61,446 nucleotides of DNA, filler included, from Choristocarpus tenellus KU-1152 (GCA_964200185.2; 12 parts of 12 records of this genome joined end to end with filler, not necessarily neighbours in it); one strand, 5' to 3'. Counted from the first letter of the whole stretch, positions 24,049-38,121 are shown. Notes: generated from the letters alone by a model not told the origin. Numbers and translations are program-made.

Positions 24049-26193
24049 CCCCTCCTCTTCATCCGAGGAATCCCAACTCTCCTTCACCTTGCCCTGCTTC
24101 TGGGGAACTGTTGATGTTGATCCTGTCCTTCCTGCTGCCATTCCTCTTGATGAATCAACACCAGAGTGAGCAATGGCTGGGTGCAACACTGCTCGAAATG
24201 GAGGCTGGTAGTTTGTGCGTGTGATGTGGGCTGTGGAAAGGAGCTGCATCGCTTCCTTTTCAATTTTCTCCAACGCTCGCCTGCCATGGTGGGTGGAGAC
24301 TGTTGCAATGTCTTGAAAATGTTTAGGTAAAGAGGCAGCTTTGACCGTAGAGGCATGAATGAAAGTTGGTATAGGGTTAGGGGTTCAGGGCACAGGAAAA
24401 GGCCCAGGAGCAGTGGTGGGTGCACTCAAGACTAATTTCAGGGGTGGGTAAAGCATCTAGTGACAAAAAAGTGAGGGACTACTGTTTTCTATTGTTCCTT
24501 TATTGAAGTTAATTATAAATGCTTTATGGGGGGGGAGGGGAGGTGACTGGGGGAGCGAGGTTACTGTACATGACCATATTATATCAGGAGGGACGAGGCA
24601 GACTTGGCAGAGTAATAAGGAGAATGTGTCTCAGGGGATCTTATGGAACCAGTTCGTGGATTAGAGTTAGAGGATCTACATAGCACAAATGCGCTTGTAG
24701 GGATAACAAGCAATTACAGAGAAGTGAACCGTTCCCCAATCAGCCGGTATTGATGAAAACAAGTGGTCGAAGGAATCCATAACTGTCACAAGACCCAAGT
24801 GCGAACACACATATCCACGACAAAACCACTCCAAGTTTGTACTCACTAAACACCCTCGATGCAAGATGGAGACACACCCAAGGTCCTCGCAGAAACACTG
24901 CGCCACATTCATAGATAGGCCCAAAAATGTTCATACCTTTCCTCTTTGACTCCCAGATCGGGTTCGATTGGAACTGGCTTCACAGAAAGAACCAGTCAGT
25001 CAGGAAGCACTAACCTTTCTAAATATAGCGACGTGGCGTTGCACTTCCTACTCATAGGGGAAAAAAAAAAAATCGCGAGAGTGTAACATTACCTTTTTTT
25101 TTTTTTTTCTCCTGAGTATCATCATTACACCCCCAACACTTCCACCAATACAGACGGCTTTGACTAGAGACCAGGCATAACCTTGGCTATCAAACTTTTT
25201 ACGACGGCCATGAAAGAGTTGCAGCGCAAGGAGCGACCCAAGTCACGACCTGTCTCGGTTACAGGGCCGGGAAGAAGGGGTGGGAGGAGAAACATCGTTC
25301 CAACTGTAACACAAACTGGTAGCCTATTAGTTCATTTGTTAGAGAACACAGTGGTGTTCACTATTCGGAGAGAGACTTGCACTATTAGTAGGCTTGGTCG
25401 TTGGTGTAGGAGGCTAGCTGGACACAAAAAACTACAGGAATTCCCCTGCACACTTCACCACTGGACATGTCCTGTAGCTACTATTGTTTCATGTAATATT
25501 TCAAATGGCACAACCAGTTGATGGAATAAGTTGAAACCAACAAATGCCTAACACTACCAAAGGTTGTCCCATGTACCAGGAGGAGGACTAACCCGCTCCA
25601 TCTCTCCACCCCTCTCCCTCCAGCTCCCTAGTATCTTCCCCCTCCCCCACCCTACCAAGTGTTGATCTCCTCTGTAGCTATCAGCGAAAAAGACAGAAGC
25701 AAGCATCAGTTCCTCCGGTAAGACCATTTACATAACCACCTGTTTGTTCATTTGGTAGAATGCTCTCATCTACAGAACGCCCACCAAAATTGCAGAGTAA
25801 AACACACACACATACACACACACACACACAACACACTCACACAGACCAGAACACAAACCTGGCATTAGCTTTGTTGGTAAACTCCACCACATAACACTTT
25901 CCGTGACCTAGTCCCAGACCATCTGGCTCAATCTTCCCACTGACCACAGTCCGTGCAGGCACCAGTCTCCGTACAGAACATAGCGTTTCCTCGAGGCCTA
26001 ATCCTATCCCTGCAGAGTGCACCACAATGCAGTCCTCAGGTTGGGGACCCCGGTATTGGGGTATTGAAGGGGGAGATACTCGCAGGGCATTGGCAGCACC
26101 AGAGGCAGCAGCGACTGTACCAGAAGGGGCAACAGATAAACCTGGGGTTGGCACGGGAATTGGAGTGGTGGTAGCAGCTGGTGGGGTGGCGAT
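23422..26193 (-). CDS. 3' part of a protein with a divergent RRM-like domain and a Gly-rich low-complexity tail; exons 26193-25859 and 24280-23422
   Basis: A phase-2 GT-AG junction gives GKCYVVEFTNKANAR|RALEKI, which resembles RNP1 plus helix 2 of an RRM. The long open frame continues through the poly-G tract. The 3' end is uncertain. Confidence 0.6.
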
Positions 26194-29100
26194 CTGCTTG
26201 TTGCAAGGGGAGAGGGGTGGGGGGGTTGGGTGAGGGTCAATTGTGTGGGGGTTGGGAGGCACTTCTTATGGGGGATGGGAGGGGGGGGGGGGGGTTCATT
26301 GAGTGAGGAGGGCTCTCCTGGAATGGATAGGAAGGGGAGGGACAATATGTGTTCATGTTGGTTGAAGAGGGGNNNNNNNNNNNNNNNNNNNNNNNNNNNN
26401 NNNNNNNNNNNNNNNNTTAATTAATTAANNNNNNNNNNNNNNNNNNNNNNNNNNNNNNNNNNNNNNNNNNNNTTGCACACCCATTAATTTTTTTTTTTTT
26501 TTAACATGGGGGCCTGTTCGGTAAGGAGGAAGGTGACCAGGATGGACCGGAAATGGATGGGGCATTTTGTGGGTGCCATTATTGTGTGGTTAAAGCATGT
26601 TTGTGTATGACGATCGTGCAATATGACATTCAAATGGATTAGTATGGATGCAACAGCATGCAGGTCGTATGTCCTTAGGAACTCAGAGGTGTGGACATGT
26701 AGAAGGGATGAGAATGAGATGTGACTGTCTGTGTAAATCAGTGGCAAGATAGAGCGTGGACTGTCAGAACCACCAAAATGGGAGTCTTGGACATTGATCT
26801 TTGGTGATTGGTAAGAAATGACTCATTCACAGGAGATATGTAACATGAACATGCCAGAATGGGTCAGCACACTTGTGAAATAGGTAATTTTGTGAATTAC
26901 AAGGATTCAATCGAGTGGATGTTGTTTCCTTGAAGTATCGTTGAGATTGTAATCCAAACCTTCCGATTTGTTGTTCTCTTTCACACATGTGCACTGTACA
27001 ATTAACTTTGAACTTCCTAGTGGGCAGTGGTATTTCCTTGCACCCCCTTCTTGTGGCGCTTGGTGCTTCATGCACCTTGCTTCGCATGCTGCACATACGC
27101 TCCAATTATATTGATTACAACAAAACTTTTCAAGTAAATTTGATTGAAAAAGTACTTCAAAGAAATATGTAAGAACCCTTACCCTAAACCTACCTAGACA
27201 TGGAGAAGAATAGGATATTTTGTACAAGTCACTGGTGTGAGTGTGAGCGCAAACAGACACGTAAGGGTACGAGCATATACTGTTAACAGCTGAGGGGCAA
27301 CAATGACGGACAATAGAATGGACAGATGAGAATCACTTGGTTTAATCCAGTACTAGCTTCAAGTGAGGAGACAGAATGACAAGTAGTGGAATGGCTGAAC
27401 CTAATACCCAAGAATCAAGGTACAAATGGAAGCAGTACATTAATCGTAGTGTGACAGTTGCAGTATTTTGTATGAGAAGTAGTGCGATGTGCAGTGCCTC
27501 TGACTACAGGTAGAGATGATCCCCAGATTGAAGTGAAGACAATAAGGGTCATTGCCCAGAATATATTAAATAAAAATGCTACTACTACTACTTACTAACA
27601 AATTGGTTTCTCTGGGAGTGGCTAGCCCCAGTTACAGCATACACACGTAAGATATTCCTTTGACTAGTGTGGCAGTGGAGCACAGGGACTAGGAATTGAC
27701 GACTTTGAAATCAAAGTCAATCGAACGTGTGTACTTCCTCCATTCTGCTGCAATCAATGAGATTAAGGCTCTGCTTTTCATTCTCTCCTTTCTGCGATTC
27801 TCCGCAGGACATGGCTACCTTGCATCTAAATAATTTTATCTTGAACTGATAAACTACCACGCACAAAGGTGAACTCGTTGTGAAGTAGGCTCCAATCAGT
27901 TGTAGGGGTATTCGTAATCCCCATTTGTGTCAGTGTGGGGTTGCTTTGGACCAAAACCTAAGCACTCACGACCATTAAATCTTGGGATGAAGTCTGATTT
28001 GAATCTCAGGTTTGTTGGATAACGTCACATCAGTGTGACCGTCAACGGGCAAGTGGTCTGGGGATTCTCAGAACTTCTCTGCGTTTGATGTTGATGTGAA
28101 CGTCACCATTGAGATTGAAATGTGCACACAACACAAAAAAAAAATGTGCGTGGAAATGGATAGGACTGAGATCAACTCCCAACGGGACCTGTCCGTCCTC
28201 GAGTATGTTGTCAGAATACGTGAGAGTTGAGATGGTGACGACATATGAGACTGAAGGCATTACAACCAGTGCAGACCTGACTTGAACCGTAATCAGTGTA
28301 AGGCTTGTGTGATTGGTGCATGCAGTGCAACTACATGAGTGATACTCGCAGCCGGTACCCGTGACATGAACACATGAGGCACGGCATGGCAAGCAAACAT
28401 GAGATATGAAGGAGAATGATCACAGTGATCTGTTGGAGCTGCTGATTAGAGCCAGCCCAACCCATGGATGTCAGGTTTGAAAAAGTATACTCAAAGGAAT
28501 AATTAGCAACCCTTACTCCAACCCTACCTTGAAATTATGTTTATTTTCCAAGAGTAAGAAGAGCGAGCAAGTATGAGAGCAGAGACACCAGACTAGAGCT
28601 GGTACAGCTAACAAACAGATAGATGGATGGAGGAGTGATTCGTCAGACATGATTCAAGTCTGATTGTGGCATACTTATCATACAGGATTGGTATTTCTTG
28701 GTGTCTCTGGAGTGCAACAAAGTTTGAGTTAGTGTTGGCAGTGGCATTGGTGTCGAACACACCTCAGTCATTTCTTTGTTGTCTTCTTGTCACTTCTGGT
28801 GTACATATGCTTTATTCTACGTGCCTCCAGAACATCTCAAAATTGACGAGATTGAGGCTCTGCTGATCCTTTTTCTTCATTCTGTGACTGTCCGTGACTC
28901 TTTATAGCAACTTTCAGCTTGGGTACCCAGTGTATCCAATAACAAATTAACTCCTATACACACAAAAAGCGTACTCACTACACACAACAAATGGTAGAAC
29001 AGTCCCAGAAATATTCCTAGTATAACACATGAGACAAAAGACAGCAAGCAGAAAATGAGGCTGAAGATCAGGTGATGCAAGTGTAGAGTTGGTTAGAGCT

Positions 29101-29724
29101 GGGGCAAGACGCAGTCAATGAAACGTCGTTGTGGGAAGCATACATCTTAAGTGCAATTGGACGTGTGGTACTGAGATTAAGTGTATACAATATTTCTGAC
29201 AGGGTTGACACGGGTAAGGAGTCTTTGTCAGAGTTTATACCAGGCTAGGTGGTTAGCATGTCCACTCTCAACCATATAGCTCTGGGACAGTCCCTTGCCA
29301 TAGACAGTCGACAATAGCTCATTATAGTCGTTGCAAGTGAGGCAGAGGGCACATTACAGGATTATTGCTCGACCGCATTTTCGAAACATGTTTGTCTGAG
29401 TGTGAAACTCTTGAGACGGGGTGAGGTTCTATTGACAAATCATAAATTATTTGCAACACGAGGTGCTAGGACCAAGTAAATAGAATGGTGTGATTGCAAG
29501 GGACACCCAACAAAGAAATAAAGAGAATCTTCACCACACATTAGTCTCAGGCACGGATATGAGCACACCATTCCAAATGGAGTGCAGGTCATACTCCCAC
29601 CATATTCTGTTCGATTAGACTCTTNNNNNNNNNNNNNNNNNNNNNNNNNNNNNNNNNNNNNNNNNNNNTTAATTAATTAANNNNNNNNNNNNNNNNNNNN
29701 NNNNNNNNNNNNNNNNNNNNNNNN

Positions 29725-30160
29725 CCCCATTCACCATTGATTCTTCCCACCTCCCACCTCCAATGACCAACCAGTGTACAACCCCCTTCACCATTGATTC
29801 CAGCCACCGCCCACCTCCGATGACAAACCAGTGTGAAACCCCCTTCACCACACCACTGATTCCCAGTCACCCCCCACATCTGATGACCAACCAGTGCCAC
29901 CCCTTCACCACTGATTTCCAGCCACCACCCCACCCTTCAACCCCGCTCAACCCTACACCAGTTACCACTCCACTCAACCCCACACCACTTTCCTCTCTCC
30001 CACGCCACTCAACACTACTCCACACTCATCCAAGAACACCCCTTCATCATTCACTTCATACCATGCCTTTGAACTAGAACACATCTACCCCGCCCGAACT
30101 TTACCTTCCCTCCCTTTACCCAGCATCCCAATCGGTTATGAGCAAGCGACAAAAGAAAGC
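29725..30160 (+). repeat. Dispersed repeat beginning with a ~55-60 bp tandem unit (CCCCTTCACCAyTGATT..CAGCCACC..GATGACCAACCAGTG)
   Basis: 3-4 tandem units plus a flank homologous to the reverse complement of 56225-56680. Confidence 0.8.
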
Positions 30161-30741
30161 TTGCTTGGAGGTTGTCTTGTTACATCCCGTCCTCGTCTTG
30201 TACCACCAGCCCTCGGTTTCCTTTACATACTGACCATTCCTTCCTCTACCTTAAACCTCCACCTACAACAACTCCTTTAACTTCTCTCCTGAATGATTAC
30301 ACATCTCCCTTTTAATCACTCAGTAATTAACTCTTCGTTCGCCCCTTGCCTACTTTTTCTTTTTCCTTCCTCACCTCTCCCTCTGCTGTACCACATTAAC
30401 CACAAAACTCACATTACTTCCTAAACTTTCCCATTAGTAGTATTAATTATAATAAATACCATAGACGCAACCAAGAAGAAACAAAATATAATAGTATTCA
30501 ATCAAATATCAAGAACACACATAGTAAAAAAACTAGAATTTGAATATAGGAAGTATGGACATAAAAAATGATCACGGAAAAGTTCTCCATCTTTTTTTCT
30601 CATATGTTTTCCAAATCTGTTGAAGTACTTGTTTTCAAACGTCTAATAGCTTGTTCCCCGAACAGGAGGTGGAGAGATCTCGTCTCTCATCGCTGATCTT
30701 ATCAATACCAACAACATCGAGTTCTTAACGAAATTTGGAAG

Positions 30742-33700
30742 ATGGGTGCTTGTCTAGCATGTGCTGCATGCCAGGGTGTGTGCACCAGCATCTCGTTATG
30801 CTTCTCCTGTGTGGGATGGTAAGCAACCCTTTCGCCGCATCCAATTCTGATGCTATCACCAACAACAGAGTGTGTGTTCGGTCCCAATGCCATCGATCCA
30901 TTCTTGTTCTTTTCTCTGCCCTCGACGTGTCTCAGTGCCTACCCAATTGTATTGCAGAAGGTGTGATGAATAAAGTCATCATACGATTGAAACCACTTAT
31001 GTTGGATGCGTGAAAGCTGAACCTTTGGACATCTAGTGAGAATTGAACCTCCTTATGCACCTCCCCGTCCCCCACCAACAGCTGCTGCGGTGGAGGGGAA
31101 ACCCCCCGTGACCTAGGGATGGGAAAAATACGAGCGTTAGCGCTCATGATTTCATCGCTGGTGCTGGCATTGGCATCGCAGTATTGGCTATACGAATACT
31201 TGGATGGACTGGACGCTTGGACCGAAGGGTATGTCTTGTTTGAAGGGTAACGGGTGAAAGTATGTTATTTCCCTTTCAATGCTCCCTACTGCACCGTATT
31301 AACGTGCACGCGTGTGCCTTCGAGGGTCTTGAACTTTTGCCCCCAATCTTTGCATAGTATTGTGTTACCAACAACAATACTGAAATGTTTTGGTGCATGT
31401 TCTGGTGCTGTGCTTCCAGGTGTGATGATGAGGCATACTCCGAGGACTTCAGGGAAACTTGTATTGGCAACACTGCTGTCTACCGGGTCAGCTTTGTGGA
31501 TGCGGTGAGATAACACCCTGGTACAGGTGTGAGAGGTTGTCCACGAATGAAACTAAGAGTGACACAAATGTTGAGACCCTCATTTTTAAATACGTGATCG
31601 AAAGTTGACGGTAAGTGCTAATCATGAATGCTTGAAGCGATGCACTGTCATGTAACTCTTAAAGCTTGATGTCAATGGAGATGTTGTAAAATGAACCTGC
31701 AAGTTGTTTCTTCATTGTTTTGGTGTAGTGTATGTATATACCTTCAGGTAAGGGGCAGTTACGTTGCTTGTGATATGAAGAGGCGGTATGGTGCTTTATT
31801 CAACGGAAGGGAAGACGATTAATGGATATGCCAAGCATATTCAGCAATTTTTTTCAGCTGTCCTTGTTTTTCCACTCAACTCCAACTTTCAATCACATGT
31901 TCTGCAATATGACATGATTGGCGGTAGAGTGGTCACAATAATCTCGTTAGTATTGCACTTTTTAAAATCAGAGCATTAATAGTACCATCTGACAAAGACT
32001 GAGTACAGCCTAAGGTGGTCGTGCCTTCCTCTGACCTCCACAACACCATTCTGAACAAGTATGTGGGTATGTAAGGTTGAAAACCAATAAATGTCAAGAC
32101 AAAACTAGTGCATGGTTGATGTCTAGGAGTATGTCCACAATACAAATGTGTGTGTAAGGCAGTGACTATCAGATTTGTCATGGAAAATAGAAACAGAACA
32201 TGTACTAGTACCTTACAATGATTGCAATCCGCCAAGCACAGCTTCATCGTGGTGCCAAAGGATGTGATTGCTTTTATGCTTGCCTGGTGTGTTCCCCGTC
32301 AGTCAAAAGGACTGCCTGTCATACGAGACGTCTGTCTGCATACGCTATATGCGTATACGCCAGACCATTCCCAGGAACATTGTGATGTTTCTTGTGTGGA
32401 AGATGGTGCTTTGATCTGGTTGATAATAACACCCCTCAATATGCAATTGATATAATAATAATAATAGAACAGCAGTTCAACTCGATCAAAACGCCATCTT
32501 GATTTCAAGACTGCCAGAGTTGTGTACTGATCGTTACAAAACATACCAGTTCAAAAGACAAAGTTTGTTTTACGCATATTGCCAGTTAAGTATGGGATAT
32601 TCAATTTTCTCAAATCAAGACTAGCTCTCTGTACTTCTGCATGCCCAGGCACAGGAATATATGCCATTTTGATATTAAGGTGAGGTGGAGAATCTTGTTG
32701 CAGGGAGTGACCTCAAATTGATGATACTGGTCCTCCATGCATGATTAATATGCTTGCCCGATGCATTGTGTGAAACAAAGGAATGTTCTTCCACTCCTTT
32801 TGAGGAGGTAGTTGTAGTGACAGTGATCTCTCTCCTAAGGAGCACAGTTCTTCAAGGGTTAAGAGGGTGTCTCCTATCCCCAGTGGAAAGAACGGGGGAA
32901 GAGAAATAGAAGATTTGAATTGTGGTTTGGATAAGTGAATGCAGAGAAAAAACATTTTTTTGTTTGAACGGGAATTCCTGATAAATAAAAGAAGGAAAAA
33001 AGCCTTAAAATGTGGAGGTAAATCAACTCCTTTTCATTTTTTTCCCATTCATAATTTTTTTCTCAAGAGTTAAGAAAGCAACGAATTATGCATAAAAAAA
33101 CAATCAAAACTTTCATATTCTTGTTGTCATTGCTGCAGGCGTTCTTCCTGCTAATGACTCTTGGAGCCCTAACCTCAACTCTTTTCAACAACCGCTACTG
33201 GGGGTTGAAACTGCTGCTGTGGATTGTCCTCATCATCGGAAGCATCTTTATCTCAAACGATGTCTTCGATACCACAGGCTACGTGTGGGTGGCTCGGATT
33301 GGGGCCTTCATTTTCACCATACTGCAACAAATCGTCCTCATTGATTTAGCCTATAGGTGAGAAGCTCATTGTGCCTGCCCCCCTACTGCGGCCTGCCCCT
33401 CCTCCATCCCTCCCCGTAGCAGTCAATCTGCTTGTCGGATGGGGTGTGCAGGCAGCGATTCCTCTCACTAGCACTAGCACTGCCATCCTACATTCGTTCT
33501 GAAGGACATATCTGCATGTGATACACACCAAGGAGGTGCATACTTAGTGTACACACTGTCAGGGTCCCTGCATCGTCGGTTGCTCCAAGATCGTCAAGCT
33601 TTGCGTTGTCTTGACACCTTTTGCCTCTACCGTGCCTCTACTCACACTACTGTTAAACCTGCTGCACACTCGCTGTTGCCGGAAGGTGGAATGATGCCTG

Positions 33701-33881
33701 GGTGATCAAGGCTCAGGAACTAGGTGAAGACAGTGAGGGAAGGAGCTACCTTGTGTCGCTGTTGACCATAAGTGTCTTTGTGATTGGTGCATCGTTGGTG
33801 GCAATCGGTTTCATGTTCCATTACTTCTCTGGGTGTGCTGTGAACGAGCTAGTCATATCCCTCACCTTGATCCTCAGCGTG
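30742..33881 (+). CDS. SERINC: SERINC/TMS1 (serine incorporator) family membrane protein, 3'-truncated; exons 30742-30818, 31082-31228, 31420-31504, 33139-33356, 33686-33881
   Basis: Cys-rich MGACLACAAC N-terminus, CIGNTAVYRVSF, YWGLKLLLW, ARIGAFIFTILQQIVLIDLAYRWNDAW and GCAVNELVISLTL. Phases are consistent. Confidence 0.92.
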
Positions 33882-33994
33882 GTAAGTGGTCTGTAAGCAT
33901 GTTGTGAGGTCTGTGTAGCTTTTTGGGTGTGGGGTCACAAGATAAAGCTCTATTGTAAGCTCTGCGCTAGAGCCCCATGCGGTGGGTCATCGCT

Positions 33995-34145
33995 GGGTCA
34001 AAGTATCTGGGGGGTGTGTGGTTTGTGTGGGGGCGTCCGTTTTGGTCAAACAACTTTTTTTTTTTTGCTGACATTTCAAATCCGACACGTGCGACCAAAT
34101 CACACCAAAAAAGTGGAAATCGAAAAAAGTGAATAACGGACGCCG

Positions 34146-34190
<45 letters not shown>
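33995..34190 (+). mobile_element. MITE-like element related to family A and the foldback family, ending in poly-C at the contig end
   Basis: GGGTCAAAGTATCTGGGGGG terminus and inner inverted GGCGTCCGTT...AACGGACGCC. Confidence 0.65.
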
Positions 34191-34195
<5 letters not shown>

Positions 34196-34361
34196 TCTTT
34201 CCATCCACGCCGCGACACCTCTCTCTTGGATTGGGGNNNNNNNNNNNNNNNNNNNNNNNNNNNNNNNNNNNNNNNNNNNNTTAATTAATTAANNNNNNNN
34301 NNNNNNNNNNNNNNNNNNNNNNNNNNNNNNNNNNNNCCTACAGGCATTCTCTTCCCTCACC

Positions 34362-35412
34362 ATGGCGACGGAACCCATCAGGACCGAGGAGTATGATGCA
34401 CCCACCCTACTTTACATCCTGGCGACCAACTTCCTCTTGTACGTGGCCCTTATCCTAATCACATATCTGGTGGTGAAGCTCTACATCGAGTCAACTCCAG
34501 AGAACCCGTTATTCAATGAGGCTACCACATACCAGCGTATTCCAGCCACGCATAGTGGCCTGGAGCTGACCTCTCTCTCCGTGGTGGAGGCCCGGGCTGC
34601 TGCATCTGCAGCAACAGGCTCTTCAGCTGGCAGTGGATCTGCTGGACCGGGGATAGGATCTGTGGGGATGGGAACGAAGAGAAGGAGTTTTCTTGACTTT
34701 GACGTGAGTTTCCTCATAGCGAATGAGACCTCCATCTGCTATATTCGGACCTGAGCACCGAAGCCATTAGTGACGTGTGATTTCAATACACGGTTGAAAA
34801 TCGATTGGTTGTCTTCCCCATTTGCCGTGTCGTTGTGGTGGTCTTGAACGACAGACTTCTATTTTGTTGTGTTCAACGGTTACATGTATTCGAAGATGCA
34901 GCAAAGAATTGACTGTCGCCTTCCCCATTTACTCCAACCACGACCTCAAACCTACTCATGCTCTTCAAATTGTGTTCTAGGAAGCACCTGGCAATGGTCA
35001 GGCGTGTGATCAGTTCACCCTGGAGGTCACTCAATGGTCACAGAATGCCAGTAGACGACTGACACATATTGTTTCCTAATAGTACTTTCAATGCCCCTGG
35101 GCACATGGGGGTCATTCCAGAGAGGAGTTGTTAATGTTTATTTTTGAACAGTCCGCTGTCTGGTGGAGGTCGATTTGTGGGAATGGATCGCACAGTCTAC
35201 TATATACATCTATCAACCATAATCAAGCCGCCACTGAACCTGATAACCTGATGCCAAAACGCGAGGAATTATTTTATGAGATCCTGTTGACGTTTTTCAT
35301 TCTATCCCAGTCGGAGGGAGACCAGCTGCTCAGCAAGGATGCAGTGTTTCGGCGACTCATCACGCTGGCAGTGGGTCTTAATGTCACTTTTGTGGTGTGG
35401 GGAGTACTTCAG
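34362..35412 (+). CDS. 5' part of an SLC35B/UAA-family transporter (PAPS transporter 1, SLC35B2-like); exons 34362-34703 and 35311-35412
   Basis: ATG in CCATGG context, an N-terminal TM helix, and a phase-0 junction into RLITLAVGLNVTFVVWGVLQ|, matching the SLC35B TM1 motif GLQxSYLTWGxLQE. Confidence 0.72.
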
Positions 35413-36873
35413 GTGAGGTGTTACGCGTCCTTTTTTTTTTGCATGCATGCATGTGCATGTATCTCTGTCTGCCCTTATCAAGACCATTCTATGTTTGTCG
35501 TGGTTGGGGTTATGTTCTGTGCCTGGCCATATCTTTAACCTTTTGGATTACGAGAAGCAAGAGGAGAGGAACACGTGATCTGGAAAAATCCTGATTGGAC
35601 TTGATGTTATACTTGCTTATTGTTCGAGTAATTGGGATTCTTGTGTGGAAGACTGTGTGGATTGTTTTTGTCTAATCTCTGTCTGTGAGGACAGATTTGG
35701 GTACACCACATGGCCTCTTAGAAGCAGTCACTCTCAACTTGATTACGACAAGGTCAGAATTGTGTAGATTGACATAGTAACACATGTACGAGTTGTTTGT
35801 TTTATTATTCTGAAAAATAAAAACTTTAGCATGCAAAATTGTTGCTTCATTCAGGTTTTTTCTTCCCCATTGCCCATTCTTTTTTAAAGAAAATTCTGAA
35901 CTGAACCCTAAATCTTGAGATATAGATGTAAGGTCTCAATATTTGATATCTTTATGGCACACCTGAGATAACTGTGGAAGCTGTAGAGCGCTCTGGGGCA
36001 CCTCTATATTGTGTGTCCTTCTCTAAAATTAGGATATGTTTTGGAAACTGCGAGTCAGTGTTGAGCAATGTTGTGGTGCTTGTGAAGGTAATAGATCGAT
36101 GACAACATTATTGTAGATGCCCATTGTGCTGACCTCTTGAAAATAACTTTGGAAGGGTAGTAAGTCAAATATGAGGGGATACATGCCCTCCTTTAGGATA
36201 TCCAGCATGACTTAAATTCATAGTATTTGTAGCAATCCTTCATAGCGTTCCTTCAGAACAAGCAGGAAGGTCCCAGATTGAGAATAATTTGTCAACGGAG
36301 AACAGAATTGCTTCCTGTGGACTCAACTAGTGTACTGAGCTGTGTGTGTGTCTGTGTGTGTGTTGAGCTTATTTCATCTGTTTTATTTATTTTTGTGCTG
36401 GATGCTATGGTGCTCTTGCAGTCTTTATGCTCGCATCAGTAGTTAATGTGATGTAATAAGGTACTCCTTGATCGATTGTGTCAAAAAACACCTTGGGCAA
36501 CCTCTGGGCCCACATATGTGCTACATGGTTCATATTTTCATTATAAGGAGTAGTACAAACTGCAATAATAGAGGCGGTTCAGTTCAGTGGTACTTGGTAT
36601 GAATATCCATACCAAGAGTTCAGGTTGTGGGGGGCCTTGTCCGTAGTATGAACTGAGTCAAAAGAGGCAACATTTATGATGGTTCTGACTTGCCTGCTAC
36701 TCTGATCTATAATATGCCCCCCCCCCCACCTTTCCCCTATCCTGTTTTATTTTGACTCAGCCTGTCAAACGAGTACGTTGTACATGAGACATAATTCTCA
36801 TGTCTGGAGTAAGAATCTCTCTTATCAAACACAGAATGTGGACTCCTGAAATTTGGAAATATACATATATACA

Positions 36874-36906
<33 letters not shown>

Positions 36907-37937
36907 GTGGGGAGATTTTTGTCAGGATATAACGTGGTGCATTTGTCTTCTGATTTCAAGAAATGAAATATCTCTTAAATGTATCGGAATCGGGGAGGTA
37001 GTAAGTACCTACATGAGAGTAATTAATGGTTGGTCGTATTCAAACAGTGATTTAAGATGTCAAGGTTCCATGCCGGTCATTGATGTTCAGAAACATAGCA
37101 AACACAGCAAAAACAAAACAAAACAAAACATGGCAAACTTCAAACGGACGCAGGACAGTTTGATATTTTTAATTCAAGAATTTATTTTCAGGGGTTTGGT
37201 ATGCACTACTATGTATAGGTGTTCGGTATACTATGTAGGTGTGAAAACTTAATAAGACGATCGCGTGAAAACCTGGCACTTTTTTTTTTTTTTTTCTAGT
37301 GACAGTTCGGACGTCCTGACACGCAGGTGCTTCCTCCCCGATTCCTAATCAACGATCAGAGTTCAAATTGGTCGCGTGTAGCAAGGCAGCCTGAGAAAAA
37401 AAAAATATATAGCTCGTTCATTCTCATTTTTTTCCAAAGAGCCTGATTTCCGTATTTTATACGCATGTTTGAGAAGATACAGCCTAAGAATGTAGCAGAG
37501 CCGGTCTCCGCCTTTTTCGTCTTCTTTTTCTGATCCTATATATATATATATATATATATATGAATATGCTCTCTATATAATTTTATCGTGTACGTTACTG
37601 TATCGCGTTTGTACCGATTGCTTGTTGTTAACCCTAGCCCTAACCCTTAACCCTTGGATCTCAGTATCTTTTCATGGGTAGCAATATAATGCTTCAAAAT
37701 TGCCTGGAAGTACTCTATCGATAACCCTAACCCTTTTTGTCATAGCTGTAGCCCTAGCACTCATTCAACCCCTAACCCTAGCCTTTTGTTGTTGTTAATC
37801 CCAAGCCTTATATCATATCCCTATAACCCCTAAGTCGATCCATACCCCTCGCCTGCATATCAGTCATAGCCCCGACACTAATGCCTCGATAATCACTCAT
37901 TCAACATCTCGTGCTGAGAATGATCCTATTTGATAAA

Positions 37938-37970
<33 letters not shown>

Positions 37971-38121
37971 TATGGGGCCCCACCCCGGTGCGGGGGTTGG
38001 TTTGTGTTGAGGAGTGGGGGGNNNNNNNNNNNNNNNNNNNNNNNNNNNNNNNNNNNNNNNNNNNNTTAATTAATTAANNNNNNNNNNNNNNNNNNNNNNN
38101 NNNNNNNNNNNNNNNNNNNNN

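Noticed and set aside
26473-29624. Possible decayed retroelement filling this contig
   Set aside because: I could not recognise any gag, protease, RT or integrase motif by eye; a translated HMM search is needed.
29725-29930. ~57-bp periodic repeats as a CRISPR array
   Set aside because: The whole unit is repeated with no unique spacers, the context is eukaryotic and there are no cas genes.
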